Origin: Bugula neritina
Lineage: Eukaryota > Animalia > Bryozoa
Reading direction: 5' to 3'
DNA: 64,000 nt
Assembly: GCA_964035545.1 (NCBI GenBank)
Contig: OZ037765.1
Location: 18,662,995 to 18,726,994 of the forward strand
A model generated the notes under the pieces. That model searched no databases. It worked only from the letters and a program-made list of their open reading frames with translations, and was not told where the DNA came from. The position numbers and the translations under genes were made by a program. Below are positions 15,001-27,112 of the stretch, piece by piece (position 1 is the stretch's first letter; the number at the start of each line of letters is the position of its first letter).

Positions 15001-18000
15001 TAAAAAGAAATTTGAAGCTTTACTCCTCCCAAGTAACTTAGAAGCAGAAAGGCAGGATTGATTAGTATAGTACTGGTAATTTTTGCTTATAGCATAACAC
15101 TTGAATGTGTTGTGCATTGGTTTTCCAACTCTCTAAACTCTCAAAGTTAATTCTTGTCAACCTCAATACCTGCATTAATTTCATCAGGTAGTATTCTCTG
15201 CTCATCAGTAGAATCTGCAGCCTGTAACTGCGGCCAGATATCGTGCTGTGGTAACTGATTGCTGGCATTCATTAACTTCTGCATTTCTATTCTCAGCTCA
15301 AGGAAAATCTCCCAGAGCTCTACAAGTCATCATAATTAGTTAGACACTATAGTCATTGATCATGCATGGCTACAGTTATCCACTGCAAAGCTGAATAGAC
15401 CATAGCTAAACACAGAACAAGACTAAAATAAAATAGAGAGATTGCTGTCAACATTTACTTAAGGATATAGTAGAATATAAATAGTCAGTATAAGTAAAAA
15501 TCTAAATAATAAATTAAACTAAACTAACCCAAAATGAAATAAATAATTTTCTAAATTTATATTATTGGCATATGCAATATTGATACGGAACATGGTATAT
15601 TAACAGTAATCCGTAACTTAAAACTAAGGGTAAGGAAAGAGTTAATGACTTAATGATCAACACTATACTGTATGTTCGACCACACATCGTAGGAAACACA
15701 CACATAGATCATTTAGTAGAGATGATTGTGAAGTAACTGATAAATTTTATACAAGCAGTACTTGGCACACAGATACTCTGTGAAAGAATTTTACAAACTA
15801 ACAGACATAATATAATAGTGCATTACACAGATATAAAGACAGTGTAGACTTACTGATTTGATTTTGAACTGCTTTGCCTCTCATCACATCATCGTTTGCC
15901 TCATCCTTGCTTTCTTCTTCTTTGTCTCCTTCTACAGAAAAACAAGCCCTACGAGTAAAGCACACTTTAACACTTATTTCAAAGTTAACCAGAAGAATTG
16001 CCATCGGGATTCACATCATTAGTTACATTATTTGATCCCACAAGTTAGCGTACAACATCAACAAATGTGCCAGGGAGATAAATCCAGCTGTTTCCCAATA
16101 TCTTACTGAAATTATGCTGTTAGCTTTTGCAGTTTTTATCTTTTTGTTATTTAATTTTTAGCTGGTAAATGAAACTCCTTAGTTTGTATTATGATTGTTA
16201 CTAGTTTTACTTGCCAGGAAAAGGTTGAAAGGAGCTGATATTTGTAAGTGTTGTTATAATTTAGAGGCTTTTTGTTGATATTGAATATTGGAAAGTTACT
16301 TATGTATTATATGTTTTTGTACAGCACACAACTATTTTCTTATATAGAGTACAAGTCAAAGTCAGAGCAATAAATCCAGAAGTTGAGGATATTGTTTTAT
16401 ACTTGTTGCTAATCAGTCCACTAAACCATTCCTGGCACAACAATACTGAAGTGAAATTTAGGAAGCAGCACTGGCTTAGTTAACACAGCGGTAACTCAGT
16501 AGTAACTCAGTGGTTTGAATCATAGTAAAGGCTATTGGTGATGTCAGGAAGGGCATTCAGTAATAATTGTCCTTTTGCCACATATGAAAAACAAGTCTTT
16601 AGCATGCTTAAAAAACCTTTTCCCATCAAAGGTTTTCACAGGGATGGTGACTATAAACCCATGCGCTTTTTATTACCGAAGTTACATTTCATAAAACAAC
16701 GGAGTTATTATAGGGCTTTAAAACTTTTTTTGTAACTTTCTATAACAATATAACTTTAAAAAGAAAGTTGTCCCAAAACTTGCTAAGCTTTCAATTAGTA
16801 AAGTGGCAACATACCAATGTCACTACCATCACCTTCCTCGTCACCGGATGTGTCAGCAAGTCTCGTCCCTTTAGCACTAAAACATGAACTACAAGTACAA
16901 TGTATACCCAGGTATACATGCATACCATTACCAACACAAACCAAAAAACAAAACCACTTATTTGACCAATTGAACATGAAATGTCAAATTGTCACACAAA
17001 GAAACATATTTAGACCACAGAATAATAAACTGCAATATAAAAAATAGCAAGTTATAAAAAATGAAACAGTACAAAATAGATTACTTCACAGCTCACAATT
17101 TTGTTGTGATTTGAACAATGCTATAGTGGCATAAAGAGATACTGAATCAAAAGCAGCAGTATAAAGAACAGTGCTATAAAGTTTCAACCATGACTAATTC
17201 AACAGGAATAGGATCATACAATGCAGAGAGGTCCATGTCAAACTGGTTGTAATATGATGCATCCTGGTCATCACTTTCATTTGAATCATCGGCACTGGAA
17301 TCCTCCTCACTGTTCATATCCGTAATTGTTACTTTTTCATTGCCATCAATATCTGAAATTTTAACAAATTTTTTAATGACCTAAAACAAAGTTGTCCTAT
17401 AACAATTTTGATGCTAATATTAGCCAGGAATAAAAAAGCAGCAGTGGTCTAGGGGTTAGAGCGTTTGCCTAGTAAGCACAAGGTCATGGGTTCAAGACCG
17501 ACAAAGGCCATTGGTGATGTTAGGAAGAGCATCCCGTCACAATTGCTCCTGTGCCCCATCTGAATAAGTCCTTAGCCCGATTTAACAAAAACCTTTTCCA
17601 CCAAGAGTTTTCCCAAAGGGATAGCAACTAAAAACTTTCACGAGTTTCTTTTATTAGCCAGGAATGGAAGACTTGAAATACACGTATCTTACCAGCACCT
17701 TGATGAATAGAGTCATAATCTAGACTGGATGATTCTACATCAGAGCTGTCACCTTGATGAGATGCATTTTCCAGATCACTTTCTTCACCATTAAAATATT
17801 GTAGAGACTTCCTGTCTACCTGCCAGTATTAATTTTTAGACAAAGAGTTACTTCTGGCAGAAACTAATTTGACTCTATTGTTGTTACACAAAATTTACTC
17901 AACAAATGATTGTATAGTGCAAATTCTCTTCACGTAATCATCAATCCCCTTTTAATGTAAATATAAAATATTTTGCCATATTTAAGTACTAGCTAAAACA

Positions 18001-19893
18001 ATAAATTTATATTTATATATAAAACAATTACAGTGGCTCCAGCATATCTTGCGTCATCATCAAGTAGGACAGCACTTCGCCTTCTCAGTAAGCTGACTGT
18101 TTGCTGCTCATCGTCATCATCTGATACTGCTCCAGATGTAATTTTAGCTACAGTTTCTACAGTTATACCAGCATTGCAACTGAAATTTTAAATGTTACAA
18201 AATCATATAATATACAGAGCACTAATTTGTTCAAAATGGCTTAAAAAGGGAACCAAATCTTTTGTAAAAACTATATGTTAGCACAAGAACTTATTTTCAT
18301 TATAATGTAACAAAACTTTGCTTTAAAATACAACATTTCTTCATAAGATTGAAAGTGGTAATGTAGTTGTCGTTGTAGCAGTAGTAGTTGTCGTTGTAGC
18401 AGTAGCAGCAGCAGTAGTAGTACTAGGTAGAAGTAGTGGTAGTAATAGTAGCTAATGGTAGCACTAGTGGTAGCACTAGTGGTAGTAGTACATGAAGTAG
18501 CTAGTGGTAGTAGTAAATGAAATTGTAGACAGGTAAATAATTCATTTCATGCTACCATATTAAAACCAATTAATGTGAAATTACGTAAGTGTATTATAAT
18601 TATAATAAGTTCTAAAATATACCAACAAAAAATTGAAATTGTCAATCCACTTGGCATAAACATCAAAATGTAGTCTTATTAACTTTTCTCAATTCAATTA
18701 GTCTCAGTCTAGTGTAGTTCATTATAACAAAAAAGAAAAGCTCTTACCAATACAATAACAACTATCATCACAATGACACTAGGAAAACTTTGGAAAATAG
18801 AAAATCCATTGTGATATTCATAGTGGTGGTTGCAGCAACATTTGCACTAGTACAATTAAGATATTGCTCCAGTGTTAAATTAACTATCAGATAGAAAATC
18901 AGAGTCTAGTTCTTCATGAGCATCATTTAGTGTGTAAATTTTTTATTTCCACGGACATATTCTTCTATTAAAATAACAAACAGATTGTTCTATCTTCACC
19001 TACCGGCAACGAATTTATCGAAAAGGTTGTTAGGTTTTATAAGCAAAACAGCCGGTAATAATTTATCCTTGGGTTATAGAATCATACTTGTAGCAATTAC
19101 TATTAGTATTAGTATTAGTATTACTATTTAACATTTTCAATACTAATAGTAATAGCATTATTTAAAATTAATTAATATAATTAAATTTAATATTATTACA
19201 AGTTACAACTATTACTATAACTACTATTAGTATCAGTATACTGTATAAAATATAAATGCTATGAGTATAAGTATAACTATTTATTAAAATTGTTCACTAC
19301 CTAATTTTAAATTTATTATTGCATTTATTATTAACATTATTATTAATTTATCGAATTGTTATTATTATTTTACGATTACTATTACTACTAGTATTATTAT
19401 TACTATTAGTATTAGTAATACTACTACACTTACAGTATTAGAATATTGTAAAATAACTATAACTTATTAGATTTAGTATTACTTATAGTTATAGTTAAAA
19501 ATGTAAGTAACACTAACAGTATGAGTATGAGTAACACTAACAATAACTCAGTTAGTGTAACTGTAAGACTAAGTGTAACACTAACACTAACAGTAACTGC
19601 AATACTATGTTTAATAGCAATACATTACTACTAGTACTAGTACTACTAGTACTACTAGTAATGAGTACTAGTATTAGTATGAATATGAGCTTTTCGTATA
19701 ACTATAAGTATAAGTATAACTAAGCCTATGTCCATTAGTATTTCTATTAGTATTAGCATTAGTATTACTACTACAAACCATTTTCAATCTCATCGCTAGG
19801 ATCCGAGAATAAAGGAGCAGAGTCAGCCAATTGTTCAGCCACTTGCTGAGCAAATGAAACTTTAGATCCTAAATGATTTTTTGAAGCAGCCAT
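9002..19893 (-). CDS. AATF: AATF/Che-1/Bfr2 (SSU processome factor), 14 exons, ~519 aa
   Basis: Exons 19779-19893, 18032-18156, 17693-17819, 17220-17352, 16815-16876, 15854-15931, 15170-15319, 14584-14662, 12434-12617, 11807-11908, 11395-11552, 10674-10754, 9474-9548, 9002-9092. Total 1560 nt in frame. Acidic N-terminus; [23 protein letters not shown]; [17 protein letters not shown]; [24 protein letters not shown]; QLFASLF. Confidence 0.95.
12816..12976. mobile_element. MITE-like element, copy 1 (~26-bp imperfect inverted ends)
   Basis: TAGGAGCAGTAGTGGAGAAATTGAGA ... TCTCAATTTCTATATTACTACACCTA; homologous to 23841-23989 and 45344-45492. Confidence 0.8.
16464..16675 (+). mobile_element. tRNA-derived SINE (subfamily B), degenerate head
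   Basis: Core GGTGATGTCAGGAAGGGCATTCAG and tail AAAACAAGTCTTTAGC...GGTTTTCACAGGGATGGTGACTATAAA shared with the other copies. Confidence 0.8.
17438..17655 (+). mobile_element. tRNA-Thr(AGT)-derived SINE (subfamily A), full length
   Basis: A-box GTGGTCTAGGGG, anticodon-like loop CTAGTAA, B-box GGTTCAAGACC, core GATGTTAGGAAGAGCATCC. Very similar to the inverted copy at 54611-54803. Confidence 0.88.
18355..18520. repeat. Degenerate (GTA/GCA/GTT)n trinucleotide microsatellite in AATF intron 1
   Basis: GTAGTTGTCGTTGTAGCAGTAGTA... GTAGCACTAGTGGTAG repeated. Confidence 0.85.
19085..19775. repeat. Degenerate 6-bp periodic (TNA-NWN)n low-complexity tract, AATF intron 1
   Basis: e.g. 19552-19599 TTA GTG TAA CTG TAA GAC TAA GTG TAA CAC TAA CAC TAA CAG TAA CTG. 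Confidence 0.8.
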
Positions 19894-21034
19894 GAGAAAA
19901 TGGAACTTTGTACCTTATCGTTTAAAATATTACCATTAGTATTGGTTTAGCTATAATTTATAGTAATACTAATACTAATTGTATAACTATAAGTATAAGT
20001 TTAAGTTTATGTTTATTACGGATCAGGGATCTCACGCTGTGTGTTCTTTAGTATTTATGAGTGCTTCCTTATTGGATCTTCTACCGTAAAGTTTTCCTTG
20101 AGGGAGAAAATATTATAATGCGTTTAAAACAGTAATTTTGACGAATAAGTTAGAGGCCGCACTTTTGGCCTTTACATTTAGTAATAAAGGAAAATGTGCA
20201 TAAAGAAAATTCGTCATTATTATTTCAAGTGTAATGTTTCTTCCTGTCATCTACACCATATGTTATTACATGTTCTTTATAATGCAGCACAAGCAATGAA
20301 ATTCCAATTAAAAAGATATGTTTCAATTTTGATACTAATGCAAAAGTCATTCAAATTCGCATACTTTATATTCATTGAGCAATGTGATGAGACCCATGAG
20401 GCAATTTAAACTGGCTAGGTACTCTAAAAGAGAGCACATGTTTGAAATATCATAAAATAAAAGGCTAGCTAGTCTATCAATTTTACTCTCTTAGATTGCG
20501 CTTCAAAGCTATACTGTATTGTAAGACTTATTATAAATAATTTATAGCATTTTACAAGTTACAATGCAAGGGGGTACATAGTGGAGGTTATTGAATTCAC
20601 ACAATTGAATATGGCTCAGCTAAGAATAGTTTTATAAGTATAATATTGTACAAATTTGACAAGCAAGTCAGCAGTCACTAGCCAAGTATACCACATGCAT
20701 GCATTTTGTGCTTAACAATAAGTTAGCTGCTAAATTTGTGAAGTTCATTTTAGTATAATATTTTTTATCAAAAGTTATGCTACTTATAGATTTGAGGGTT
20801 TTCTATCCTAAATAACGCCATCTAGCATAAAACCATCCAAATCTGAAATAATTCTGCAAAAGAAAGCTTGGAAATATATATTTGAGCTTTCAGCCCAACT
20901 ATCAATGAGCCATTATTAGAGGTAGGAGTTCAAACGTTTACGGTAAATTTAATGTAGTGGCCGTGGGAAGTACGAACCTCGCTGCCCCCTATCTAAGTAT
21001 CATAATAGACCGGTGACAATATATTTTATATTAG

Positions 21035-21374
21035 TGTTATAAAGTCAAGAGACTACAACTCCGTAGCGATGCCGCAGTTATGTGGGGCACCCCATCACTC
21101 TCAGCAGTACCACCACTGGAACTATCCACTGGCCAATCAGGTTCAATCCTCTGTATATAAACACCGCCTTCCGGTGCCCACATGCAGTCTGAGGACAGTT
21201 ATCACTTACAAAGTAGACTAGCTAATTATCATACACTTATTACTTGTTCTATATGTTTGTATGTAATTTTTATGATATACTGTACATATATATAATCCTT
21301 ATAGTAAGGCATGCAGCATTAGATCGCAATAATAATTATAATAAACTCACGCTACTAACTAAGCTACAACAACA
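21035..21374 (+). mobile_element. Candidate solo LTR
   Basis: TGTTAT...ACAACA termini, GC-richer 5' part, CCAAT 21133, TATATAAA 21154, AATAAA 21340. No clear target-site duplication. Confidence 0.4.
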
Positions 21375-22059
21375 ATACCAATGCCTTTTTTCATAGATGA
21401 TGTGTTAAATTTATTTTTCTAGCTCATGCAGGTGTATCACATGCCTCTGAATCAGTGATTGCTTGAACTGAAAGCTTATGAAAGTATTATAACAACTCTA
21501 TTTACAAAATGCTTTTAGTTCTGAACTTTGTAATAATAGTTTTAATCAAGAAAATAAAATGTTCAACTACAAAATAGATTTCTATTAAAGTGTAACTTTG
21601 CTTTACAAATATTAGCATAGTGCATAATTTTATGTCATATCAAATTAAACACATTTAACTTATCCAAAACCATTTTTATAAACTATGAAAAATTCTGTGA
21701 AAATTTACAAATACACCAATTGCATTGCTTACAAGCAAATTAAAAATTTTAACTAGCAAAAAAGCTGATTAATTCATCATTATAGCTAGATGAAACAAAA
21801 GCCTCATAAATATGTTGAAATATTGCACATAAAATTATGCAAAATGTCTGAACCCACATACCCTACAAATCTTAAAAGGCAGTTAGAAACTAAACATAGT
21901 TTATAACCATGCAGCTATAAATTTCAACTATGTAATCATAATAGTTATTGAAAATGGCAATGTGGTCCATTTGTACAATATTTATGTCGAGCTACACAGA
22001 GTGATAAAAGTCATGGTACTATAATAATAGCATAATTGTAAGAACCTTTAACTTCCTGC

Positions 22060-22490
22060 AAGCAGGTGGTTTATTGGAGAATACATTTGAAAGATGTTTG
22101 AAAGGAAGGAGTCTCAAACTGAGTAGAAGAGAAAGTGAACACCTGGTACCAGATGGTAACACAGCTAATTTGAGAATGAAAAAGTAGGACAATGAGCTCC
22201 CACAAACAACATCCATTAAATACTTTGGAACTACAATTTACCAAGGTGAGGGATGCAATGCAGAGGTGGATAAAAAAATAGGAAAGACATGAGATGGATG
22301 GAGAGTGCCAAGTGGCAAGCATTGTACGACAAAAAGGTTTCAACAAGGTTGAAGATGCTGGTATACAAAGGGCGCAATGAAACATGGCTGCTGACACAGC
22401 TGATAGGTCCTAGAAGATAGAACTAGTTGCACGGAAATGATTATTTTGCAATATACAACCATGGCACTAGCCTGTAAGAGCACAAGAGGA
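22060..22490 (+). mobile_element. Decayed LINE (RTE-like) reverse transcriptase C-terminal fragment
   Basis: Fragmentary translation LKLSRRESEHL ... LPQTTSIKYFGTTIYQGEGCNAEVDKKIGKT*DGWR ... YDKKVSTRLKMLVYK ... ETWLLT matches the FKYLG..EV..RI..W..LCDKK..RLK.KVYK..ETW pattern of RTE-clade RT. Stops and frameshifts present. Confidence 0.75.
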
Positions 22491-22997
22491 TGACTGTTGT
22501 AGAGTTATAGTTCTTGGTGTTCTAAAATATCCATTCATAGTTTACTTTCAGTAAAGCATAATTCATATAAGCTGTAGATTTATAGATTTTGCTTTATTAG
22601 TTCATCTTTTGCATAAAAAGTTACAGAAGCGCATAGCTTATTTAATTCTTAATAAAATTCCTATGTAAAACTATAATAAATAATATATGCTATAGTATAA
22701 CAAAGCATATGCTCATTTTATACTTATAAATATCATGTTAACTAATTGTCCAGCAGATCATAACATGAAAAGAAATTGGAATTGACAACAATTTTAAGTG
22801 TTAAATTGCCTTGGGCTTATTATTTAAAGATTAAAAAGTCTAATATATAATGCAAAGTAGCTACATAGCAGTGCTTGTAGCTACTTTGCATTATATATGG
22901 TAGCACTATATTATACACTACAGCCCAGCGGAATTTATTTGTAAAATACCGACTGTTTATTCTACTGCTACTGGAAATACTCGGTTGGAAACAATTA

Positions 22998-24332
22998 TCA
23001 CTGGTAATCATGCTTCAACTCCTTATAAACATTAGCTTTTGCTAGTTGAGAATAATATGCTGGTCCTTGGGTTAAGTGAATTGCTATAGCATCCATGTTT
23101 GTGCCAGCTGAAATAGCATTTCGTAGGTTGTTCTCTGGGGCATCGAAAAGCAGAAATTTATCAGCATTTACATTAACTGTCTTGATCCGTTTTTGTAGCA
23201 CTCCTAAATAAGAATCGTCAATCCAAAATGGTGGCTCAACAGCAAAAAGTTCTCTCAACTTGGTTATCACATCCATTGAGATAGCTATAAAAAAACCTGC
23301 ACAAAAATCTGGATATATGCTTTCAGTAGCCAAAACTGAATGATTTACAGGATAAGGCCTGTTCATGTCAGGTCTTATTATCGTTCTATTTGAAAGTATA
23401 TGACATAGAACCGTGTTAGGATTGGTGAATCTGTTGCTGGGTAAAGACGCCAGTGATTTGTATAAGTAACTTATCCTATTTGAGGATAATTCGTATTGTC
23501 TCTGTGAATGATAATCTTCAGCTTCATTATATGTGTTTTTACTTTTTTTTGTCATCATAGCCATAACTTTTCTTATCATAGTAGCTGGATGGAATAAAAC
23601 GTCATCATCAATCCTAATGGCTAATTTACTATGCGAGCAGTAATCTGCTATGAATGTAATGGCAGAGATCATCTTTGCTGTTTGATTTTCATAATGTTCT
23701 GTAAGAAAGTAGAAGCAGTTATTGGTTCAAGATTAAAATTACTATCATGTGTTCAGAGAATTTTAATTCAACATTCTGTTTTAAATAGAATTTTCTTTAA
23801 TTTTATAAAAAGAATTGCCACACTTTGGCAGTCTTTCATTTAGGAACAGTAGTGGGGAAATTGAGATAGCCTAAGTTCTTTAACTTTATTATAAAATTTT
23901 AGTTTGAATTCTCACAAGAACATAACTTCTTGTGCTACATTTTTAATCTAGAACACAGGTTTTTCTCAATTTCTCCATTACTGCACCTACCTCCAGCCTT
24001 TAGCAAACTAGTATGAGTATAAGCTAACTTTAAAAATAGTAGTTAAAGAAAAATAATCCACATTCATCATTTTGAATCACTGACCATGATAATCATTTTG
24101 TAGTATGTCTTTAAATACTTCAAATTCATACTGAAGACTAACATGAGCTTTTCTAGAATTGCACATGCCAACAGCAAAGAATGTTGTGACACGAATGTCC
24201 TTAGGCCATGCCCGTTTGTTTGCTAGCAACTCTCTGATGAAGGCCCTTCGTTGCTGGTCTTGCAATCTTCCTTGCACCCAAAGAACCACGTCAGGTTTTT
24301 CTACACAATCAAACAAAGTTAGTACTGCATAT
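22998..24332 (-). CDS. GT31 beta-1,3-galactosyl/GlcNAc-transferase-like protein (5' coding exons unresolved)
   Basis: Exons 24085-24332 and 22998-23698 join in frame (EFEVFKDILQNDYHEHYENQTAKM). GT31 motifs RRAFIRE, TFFAVG, RIDDDVLF, YPDFCAGFF, IDDSYLG. A candidate upstream exon at ~24847-24964 (MKSLYELAFLLVLSAV...) is not phase-compatible without another exon. Confidence 0.85.
23841..23989. mobile_element. MITE-like element, copy 2
   Basis: TAGGAACAGTAGTGGGGAAATTGAGA ... TCTCAATTTCTCCATTACTGCACCTA, in the glycosyltransferase intron. Confidence 0.8.
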
Positions 24333-27005
24333 CTAAAAGCAAATATGATGGTGAAATGACACCTGATATAAATATCACTTCAGTAGGAATGAATGGTAAA
24401 AAAGATCTAGTAGTTGTTTTTAGTTTCTTAAGTTATACTAAAGAAATTGAAATGCTGCATAGGAATTTATATAATAGAGTTTAGGCTTGATCCAGGCAAC
24501 CCGGATTTGAAGCTAGGTTAGTTTTCTCTTTTTGTTGTTTGTATAGTCCAAGGCCCAAGTTGTTGAATGTAATACCACTTTACCAAATTACTTTGCATGC
24601 ATGATTCAACAACAAGGCAGCACAACAAATTATAGCATCTACAATTACATACATTCACTATAGACTATAGACTAGAGTATAGAATGTATGTAATTATAAT
24701 TGTACTTATAGCGCAAGCCGCTGGAAACATAATAATAGCACAAAAACTTCAGCGATTGATTTTCCAAGAAACATACACAGAGACTTTCTAGAGCCTAGAC
24801 TAAATTATACTGAAACTGCTGAAATCTAGTATTATAATCAACTAACCTCTCTGACACCTTTTAAAGTCGGCCATAATATATTTATAAGATGACGAGTATG
24901 ACTGTACACATTGCTGTACAGCAGACAGTACAAGCAGGAAAGCTAACTCGTACAAACTTTTCATCTGTGCAAAAGTACAGGGTTAGACTATACTAAAGTT
25001 ATAATGAAGACTAGTAGGAGTACATCGCTGTAGGTACTAGCTGAGAATTATAAGCTCCTCCTACAAAGAATATAGTTCCTGTAAAGCGTCACAAATTAAA
25101 TCATTCATTATACAAATTTGTTGAGAATCTTCTGCCAAGACTCCAATATCCACTCACTTGAAGCAAAATGATCAACTTAGAGTTGCATGTCATTATAAAT
25201 AGATAAATAAGATGTATTAGCATACTCTTGCTACTGTTCAAGTAATAGTACTAAGACCATTATAGGGTGTAATGAATAACATGAAGTAAATTACTAGTAC
25301 TAGTTGGTTTTTACACTGGCTCTACTGTATGTGCATGCAGGCTTGGCTACTCCAGAAAGTGACTTATGAGTTATGATAGTACTAATCTGTTGGTAAGAGT
25401 TTTTTGTTGTTTCAAAAATCTTGCCCGTGCAGCCCATATTCACATAAAAGCAATATTGTAGCATATATAGATATACAACAGAATTACTTATTTATCTTCT
25501 AAAATTCAAGACTCAAACACTTCCTTTTATTGCTTATAGCCACACAAAAATGTGAGAAATGTACATAATGTATCAAATTGATTGTTGATAGAGAAGACAA
25601 ATGTATCTAAGATAGACTTTTTGCAGTAAGCTTTTCATAAGCAATGCTACTAAAGTAAAAGAAACTCCTATTTCCCATCACCTCAACATTGAAATAGATG
25701 AATAATTAGAGATTTTATGTAGAACTTATAACCTCAGTTAGCAGATCTTATAGTAGTGACAATAAACTTACCTTAAACTCCTGTCTTTTCTTCCTCGACT
25801 TCTATCAGCCAACTTTTATCCGATATTTTAGCAAAGAATAAAGTCTGTAGCTACAGCTCTATGTATTTGAAATCTGTTTGGATGCATCGCTTTTGAGTGA
25901 CTAACTTAAATGTTGGCAGAGTTAACTTGGAATGCTACAACAATTATGCCTGTATTTAGCTGTTGCAAGTTATTCCTATATATTTTAGCCTAGAAGTAAA
26001 GTGCTACGACGTGACAACGTAATAGTAAAGCATTCCTTTCAACTGAGCTAACTGAATAGAAGTATTAGAGAGCATGCAGAGAGGCAGAATACTGCTATAT
26101 TGTGATTATATTCATATACTGATTTGTAAAGTCACAATGCAATATGCTAACTTCACACTGCTATACGAACTTGAGGAGATTGGAACAAGAAATAATTAGT
26201 TGACACCCAAAGAGTGTTTCATTACTATTTCAATTAGTTTGTTTCTTGTATTATTTCATGAATGCTATTGGTCAGTCTGTATAAGTTTTCAGATGTTGTT
26301 TGTAGAGATTCAGAACTGGGCCGTAATGGGTTTTAGTATATGAAGAATTTTTACAGCATTTGTAAACTTCTAAGTACAAAATCATCTTTTGCTCTAGATT
26401 CTAGAACATTTCACATTGTACTACAACAAGCTTTTTAACTAGTTGTCTGCAGAGTATTTCAGTGACATTTGTGAAACTTTGATGACACCAAACAAGTTGT
26501 ACTAAAAGATCAAATAATTGAAAAAACACAATTTTACATACATGGGATAGCCTATATTATTTTATACAATCATATTTTAAAATGGCTTATTTATTAAAAT
26601 TGTAAAGGCCATATTATGTTACTGGTTAAGAGCTTTACCGATTCTGAGACAAGACTGCAAAAAACATTAATGGCAGTATTAAAATACTTTCATTATATCA
26701 ATGTTTTAATAGTTATAGACTTGTCCCCTAGCCTTGCTTTAGGTACAGTTCTTAGGCAACTTCAAGACCAAGATTAAAACTGTTAACTTACAACTTTTTC
26801 ATTATAATATCACATGACAATAAGAACAGTTATCATATACAAAGCTGGCTTAGGGTTGTTTGTACTTGATAAAAATGGCTTATTGCTACAGTGTATAAAT
26901 ATCATTCAAACTATATTAGGATAGACCATTACATTACACTCAAGTGTATATAATTGTATAACTGTATACACACATCCAGCACTAGTATTTAAAAATTCAT
27001 GAGGG

Positions 27006-27112
27006 AGCAGCTGTGGTCCAGTGATAAGAAGTGCTAGTTCAGCATGACACTTACACTAGGCTAATGGATTAATTTTTTGCAGGGCTATTGGTGGTGTAAG
27101 AAGGAACATCTG
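27006..27112 (+). mobile_element. Degenerate 5' fragment of the SINE family
   Basis: AGCAGCTGTGGTCCAGTG head and GCTATTGGTGGTGTAAGAAGGAACATC core. Confidence 0.55.

Noticed and set aside
22019-22397. Minus-strand ORFs of 65 and 108 aa
   Set aside because: Antisense shadows of the decayed LINE fragment.
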